A program made the translations under genes and the position numbers. From an uncultured bacterium (lineage in GTDB: Bacteria; SAR324; NAC60-12), in NCBI GenBank assembly GCA_965662235.1, contig CBFIGY010000028.1, forward strand, positions 1-39,885: a stretch of 39,885 nt of DNA, in the 5' to 3' direction. The notes below the pieces were generated by a model. It was not told the origin of the DNA, did no database searches, and saw nothing but the letters and a program-made list of their open reading frames with translations. This document shows positions 36,798-39,885 of the stretch, one piece after another; position 1 is the first letter of the stretch; every line of letters begins with the position of its first letter.

Positions 36798-38507
36798 ATG
36801 AACGGCGCACAAATTGTTGTTGAAGCGCTCAAGCGTGAAGGAGTCGAATACATCTTCGGCTACCCCGGTGGAGCCTGCATGCCCATCTTTGATGCCCTGG
36901 TTGATGCTCCGGAACTGAAGATGGTGCTGGTGCGGCACGAGCAGGGGGCGACCCACATGGCGGACGGCTACGCCCGCGCCACCGGCAAGCCGGGAGTCGT
37001 CTTGGTCACGTCAGGCCCCGGTGCCACGAACACCGTCACCGGACTGCTAACCGCCCAGATGGACTCGGTTCCCATGGTCGTCCTCACCGGCCAGACCATC
37101 ACTGAAAACCTTGGCAAGGACGCCTTTCAGGAAGCTGACATCTTCGGCATCACCATGCCGGTGGTGAAGCACAACTTCTTGGTCAAGGACACGGCGGACC
37201 TGCCCCGCATCATGAAGGAAGCCTTCTACCTGGCCTCCAGCGGACGTCCGGGTCCGGTGCTGGTGGATCTTCCCAAGGACGTCGTTGCCGGCGAGTGCGA
37301 GACCTCCTTTCCCGACCAGATTGAGCTGCCCGGGTACCGGGTGCCGGGACGGGGACAGCCGGACCGCATTCAGCGGGCTGCCGAGTTGCTCAAGCAGTCA
37401 AAGCGTCCGCTGCTCTACGTGGGGGCTGGAGCCGTGATCTCTGAAGCAGGCAAGCGGGTGCTGGAACTGGCAGAAAAGCTTCAGGCTCCGGTGACCACAA
37501 CCCTGCTCGGCAAGGGCGCGTTTCCGGAGACGCATGAGCTCTCCGTGGGCATGCTCGGCATGCACGGCACCGCCTATGCGAACAAAACGGTGGTGGACTG
37601 TGACCTGATCTTTGCCATCGGCGCCCGCTGGGACGACCGCATCACGGGCAAGGTCAGCGCCTTTTGTCCCAATGCAACCAAGATCCACCTCGACATCGAC
37701 CCTGCCGAGTTTGGAAAGATCATCCAGCCCGACCTTTCCATCAACGGAGACGCTGGCATGGTGCTCGAGGACCTGATTCCTCTGGTGGAGCGTCTCGACA
37801 CCGAGGAGTGGCTCAGTCAGATTCAGCGCTGGAAGCAGAAGTACCCCCTGCGGTATCCGAAGCGCGGAGGCTTACGCGCCCAGCAGGTGCTTGCGGAGCT
37901 CGACCGCCTCACCGAGTCACAGGCGATTATTTCTACGGACGTCGGTCAGCACCAGATGTGGGCGGCACAGTTCTGCCTCTCCTCACGGGAGCGTCAGTGG
38001 CTCTCCAGCGGAGGAGCGGGCACGATGGGTTACGGCATGCCGGCCGCCATTGGGGCCCAGCTCGGGTGCCCGCAGGACACCGTAGTCGCTGTGGTGGGAG
38101 ACGGTGGTTTCCAGATGACGCAGATGGAACTGGCCACGGCAGCCCTGCACAAGCTTCCGGTGAAGATCCTCATCATCGACAACCGCTACCTCGGCATGGT
38201 CCGGCAGTGGCAGCAGCTCTTCTTCGACAATCGGGAGAGTGGCGTGGACATGGTGGGCAACCCGGACTTCACCAAGCTGGCTGACGCGTATGGCATCAAG
38301 TCCTTCCGCATCCGCCGCTCCGGTGACGTCACCCGGGTCCTCAAGCAGGCGCTCGCCTACAACGATGGCCCCTGTATCATTCACGCCGAGGTCGTCAAAG
38401 CCGATAACGTCTTCCCGATGATTCCGGCCGGTGCAGCGCTGACAGAGATGCTGATTGATGAACCTTCCCCCAAAATCAAGCTGGCCAAACCGACCGGCAG
38501 TACCTGA
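36798..38507 (+). CDS. ilvB: Acetolactate synthase large subunit (biosynthetic)
   Basis: FGYPGGA, RHEQGATHMADGYAR, TSGPGATN, DAFQEAD, GMLGMHG, DVGQHQMW, GDGGFQM, LGMVRQWQ. Confidence 0.97.
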   Translation: MNGAQIVVEALKREGVEYIFGYPGGACMPIFDALVDAPELKMVLVRHEQGATHMADGYARATGKPGVVLVTSGPGATNTVTGLLTAQMDSVPMVVLTGQTITENLGKDAFQEADIFGITMPVVKHNFLVKDTADLPRIMKEAFYLASSGRPGPVLVDLPKDVVAGECETSFPDQIELPGYRVPGRGQPDRIQRAAELLKQSKRPLLYVGAGAVISEAGKRVLELAEKLQAPVTTTLLGKGAFPETHELSVGMLGMHGTAYANKTVVDCDLIFAIGARWDDRITGKVSAFCPNATKIHLDIDPAEFGKIIQPDLSINGDAGMVLEDLIPLVERLDTEEWLSQIQRWKQKYPLRYPKRGGLRAQQVLAELDRLTESQAIISTDVGQHQMWAAQFCLSSRERQWLSSGGAGTMGYGMPAAIGAQLGCPQDTVVAVVGDGGFQMTQMELATAALHKLPVKILIIDNRYLGMVRQWQQLFFDNRESGVDMVGNPDFTKLADAYGIKSFRIRRSGDVTRVLKQALAYNDGPCIIHAEVVKADNVFPMIPAGAALTEMLIDEPSPKIKLAKPTGST

Positions 38508-38524
38508 TACTCGGATCCGAACAG

Positions 38525-39016
38525 ATGGAACAACAATTCACGATCAGCATCCTGGTCAACAACAAACCCGGGGTCATGGTGCGCCTCGGTCAGACCTTTG
38601 CCCGCCGGGGTTTCAACGTCGAGTCCCTCGTCGTCTCTCCCTCGCATGACCCGCGCTTCTCCCGCATGACGGTGGTGGTGCAGGGTGATCCGGACACCTT
38701 CGATCAGATCCTCCGGCAGCTGAACAAGCTGGTGGACGTCGTCAATGCCGCTCATCACCTGCCCATTGATGCCGTGGACCGCGAAATGGCGCTGTTCAAG
38801 GTGGAGGTCTCTCCGGAACACCGCGCGGAGGTCTTTCAAATCATTGACGTCTTCCGGGCCAAGACCGTTGACATCACCGAGAACTCCCTCATCATTGAGA
38901 CCACCGGCAGCTCCTCCAAGATCGACGCCCTCGAGCGCCTGCTCTCCACCATGGGCATGTGCGAAATGGTCCGCAGCGGCAAGCTGATCATGGCCCGTGG
39001 CGTCGGCGCCACCTGA
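38525..39016 (+). CDS. ilvN: Acetolactate synthase small subunit
   Basis: LVNNKPGV..R...FARRGFNVESL, SRMT, QLNKLVDV, REMALFKV, EMVRSG. Confidence 0.95.
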   Translation: MEQQFTISILVNNKPGVMVRLGQTFARRGFNVESLVVSPSHDPRFSRMTVVVQGDPDTFDQILRQLNKLVDVVNAAHHLPIDAVDREMALFKVEVSPEHRAEVFQIIDVFRAKTVDITENSLIIETTGSSSKIDALERLLSTMGMCEMVRSGKLIMARGVGAT

Positions 39017-39034
39017 TCGGTTTCCCTGCTTCCA

Positions 39035-39072
39035 GAGGCCCCCTTTAAAAAAATGTCCCAGGGGGCTTTTTC
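39035..39072 (+). terminator. Rho-independent terminator of ilvBN
   Basis: GAGGCCCCCT...AGGGGGCTTT stem followed by T-run. Confidence 0.6.
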
Positions 39073-39265
39073 TGCATTGACCCATGCGGCATCAGGGTGT
39101 AAGGTTTCGCCAATACTTGCTCTGAATCGCTACCTCGTTTTGTCCCTGGGACCTCTCCCTTTTTGCCGAGGCGCGTTTGCGAGTGGCAGAGCACACAAAG
39201 CTGTTTGTTTCCGAATTCAGGCTTGCAATGCCTGCAGAGATTTTCTAAAACGAAGACCTCTTCCG

Positions 39266-39355
39266 GGAGGGATGGGTGAGTGGTTGAAACCGGCGGACTT
39301 GAAATCCGTTAGAGCCGCAAGGTTCTCGGGGGTTCGAATCCCTCTCCCTCCGCCA
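39266..39355 (+). tRNA. tRNA-Ser (TGA)
   Basis: Acceptor GGAGGGA/TCCCTCC, G discriminator, CCA; anticodon arm GCGGA-CTTGAAA-TCCGT; long variable arm; GGTTCGAATCC. Confidence 0.96.
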
Positions 39356-39452
39356 GGAAAAACGCTTTCCCTACCTGGTCCTGCACCACTCTGATGTGGG
39401 GTCACCTAGTAAACCTGCCTGATGCTTATCCTCATGAAATCCTGCCTCAAGT

Positions 39453-39476
39453 TGTCCCCCTTTTCGAAGGGGGACA
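39453..39476 (+). terminator. UUCG-capped perfect hairpin downstream of tRNA-Ser
   Basis: TGTCCCCCTT-TTCG-AAGGGGGACA. Confidence 0.5.
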
Positions 39477-39507
39477 CTTCCTCTGTCGCCCGTTCGACGG
39501 CACACGC

Positions 39508-39885
39508 ATGACGGAGCTGGCCCTTTTGCAGACGCAGACGCAGCAAGCGTTTTGGCAGCAGCAGCACGACTGTGCCCAGACGATTCAGCAGCTGCTCACC
39601 CACCCGACCACTCCGGCCATCCGCGAGAGCCTCCAGCAGCTCCTGACCCAGCAGCAGCAGCTCCAGGAGACGCACTACGCGTTTCTCAGGCAGCTTCCGA
39701 CTCTTCCTGAAACAGCTGCCTTCGTGGCTCCGGCAACGCCCCCTCCGGCAGTAGCCCGTTCCGGAGCGCCTCGTGTGGCGCCTCCTTCGTCTGTTTTACC
39801 GGTTTCACCGGCAGCCCCTCCGGTGCGTCCTTCAGGGGCTCCACGGCCGCTGGTAACGCCTTCTGCACCCACTCCGGTGGTGTCC
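39508..39885 (+). CDS. Partial Gln-rich then Pro/Ala-rich protein (runs off the window)
   Basis: Frame open from ATG 39508 (in-frame ATG also at 39394) to the edge: MTELALLQTQTQQAFWQQQH...QQQQLQETHYAFLRQLP...APATPPPAV. Confidence 0.55.
   Translation, partial: MTELALLQTQTQQAFWQQQHDCAQTIQQLLTHPTTPAIRESLQQLLTQQQQLQETHYAFLRQLPTLPETAAFVAPATPPPAVARSGAPRVAPPSSVLPVSPAAPPVRPSGAPRPLVTPSAPTPVVS

Overview
GC-rich (~60%) bacterial chromosomal segment; the host cannot be fixed from the sequence. From left to right it holds: a truncated 7TM-DISM hybrid histidine kinase; a GntR-GST-CmcJ/NvfI-type oxygenase operon; tRNA-Met; a NUDIX hydrolase; an ABC exporter coupled to an aminotransferase; rpe; an orphan AbrB-like regulator; hemB-pyrC; a DoxX-pirin-nitroreductase-wrbA redox-stress cluster; a chromosomal AAC(3)-I-like acetyltransferase; and two hypotheticals. 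Next is a 14.3-kb, 17-gene minus-strand catabolic operon of unknown substrate (Rieske oxygenase and reductase, NitT/TauT ABC importer, cupin, two SDRs, hydrolase, IclR, ThDP enzyme, NadX-like dehydrogenase, aldehyde dehydrogenase, extradiol-type dioxygenase, Rid protein, two small unknown ORFs) with a palindromic operator. It is followed by SAM-I riboswitch-controlled metY-metA, a VOC epimerase-like gene, galE, ilvBN, tRNA-Ser and a truncated Gln/Pro-rich ORF. The best candidates for something new are the orphan (probably N-heterocycle) catabolic operon and a window-wide excess of the palindrome TCCGGA. No CRISPR array, integrase or transposase was seen. All family assignments are by motif recognition, without database searches.
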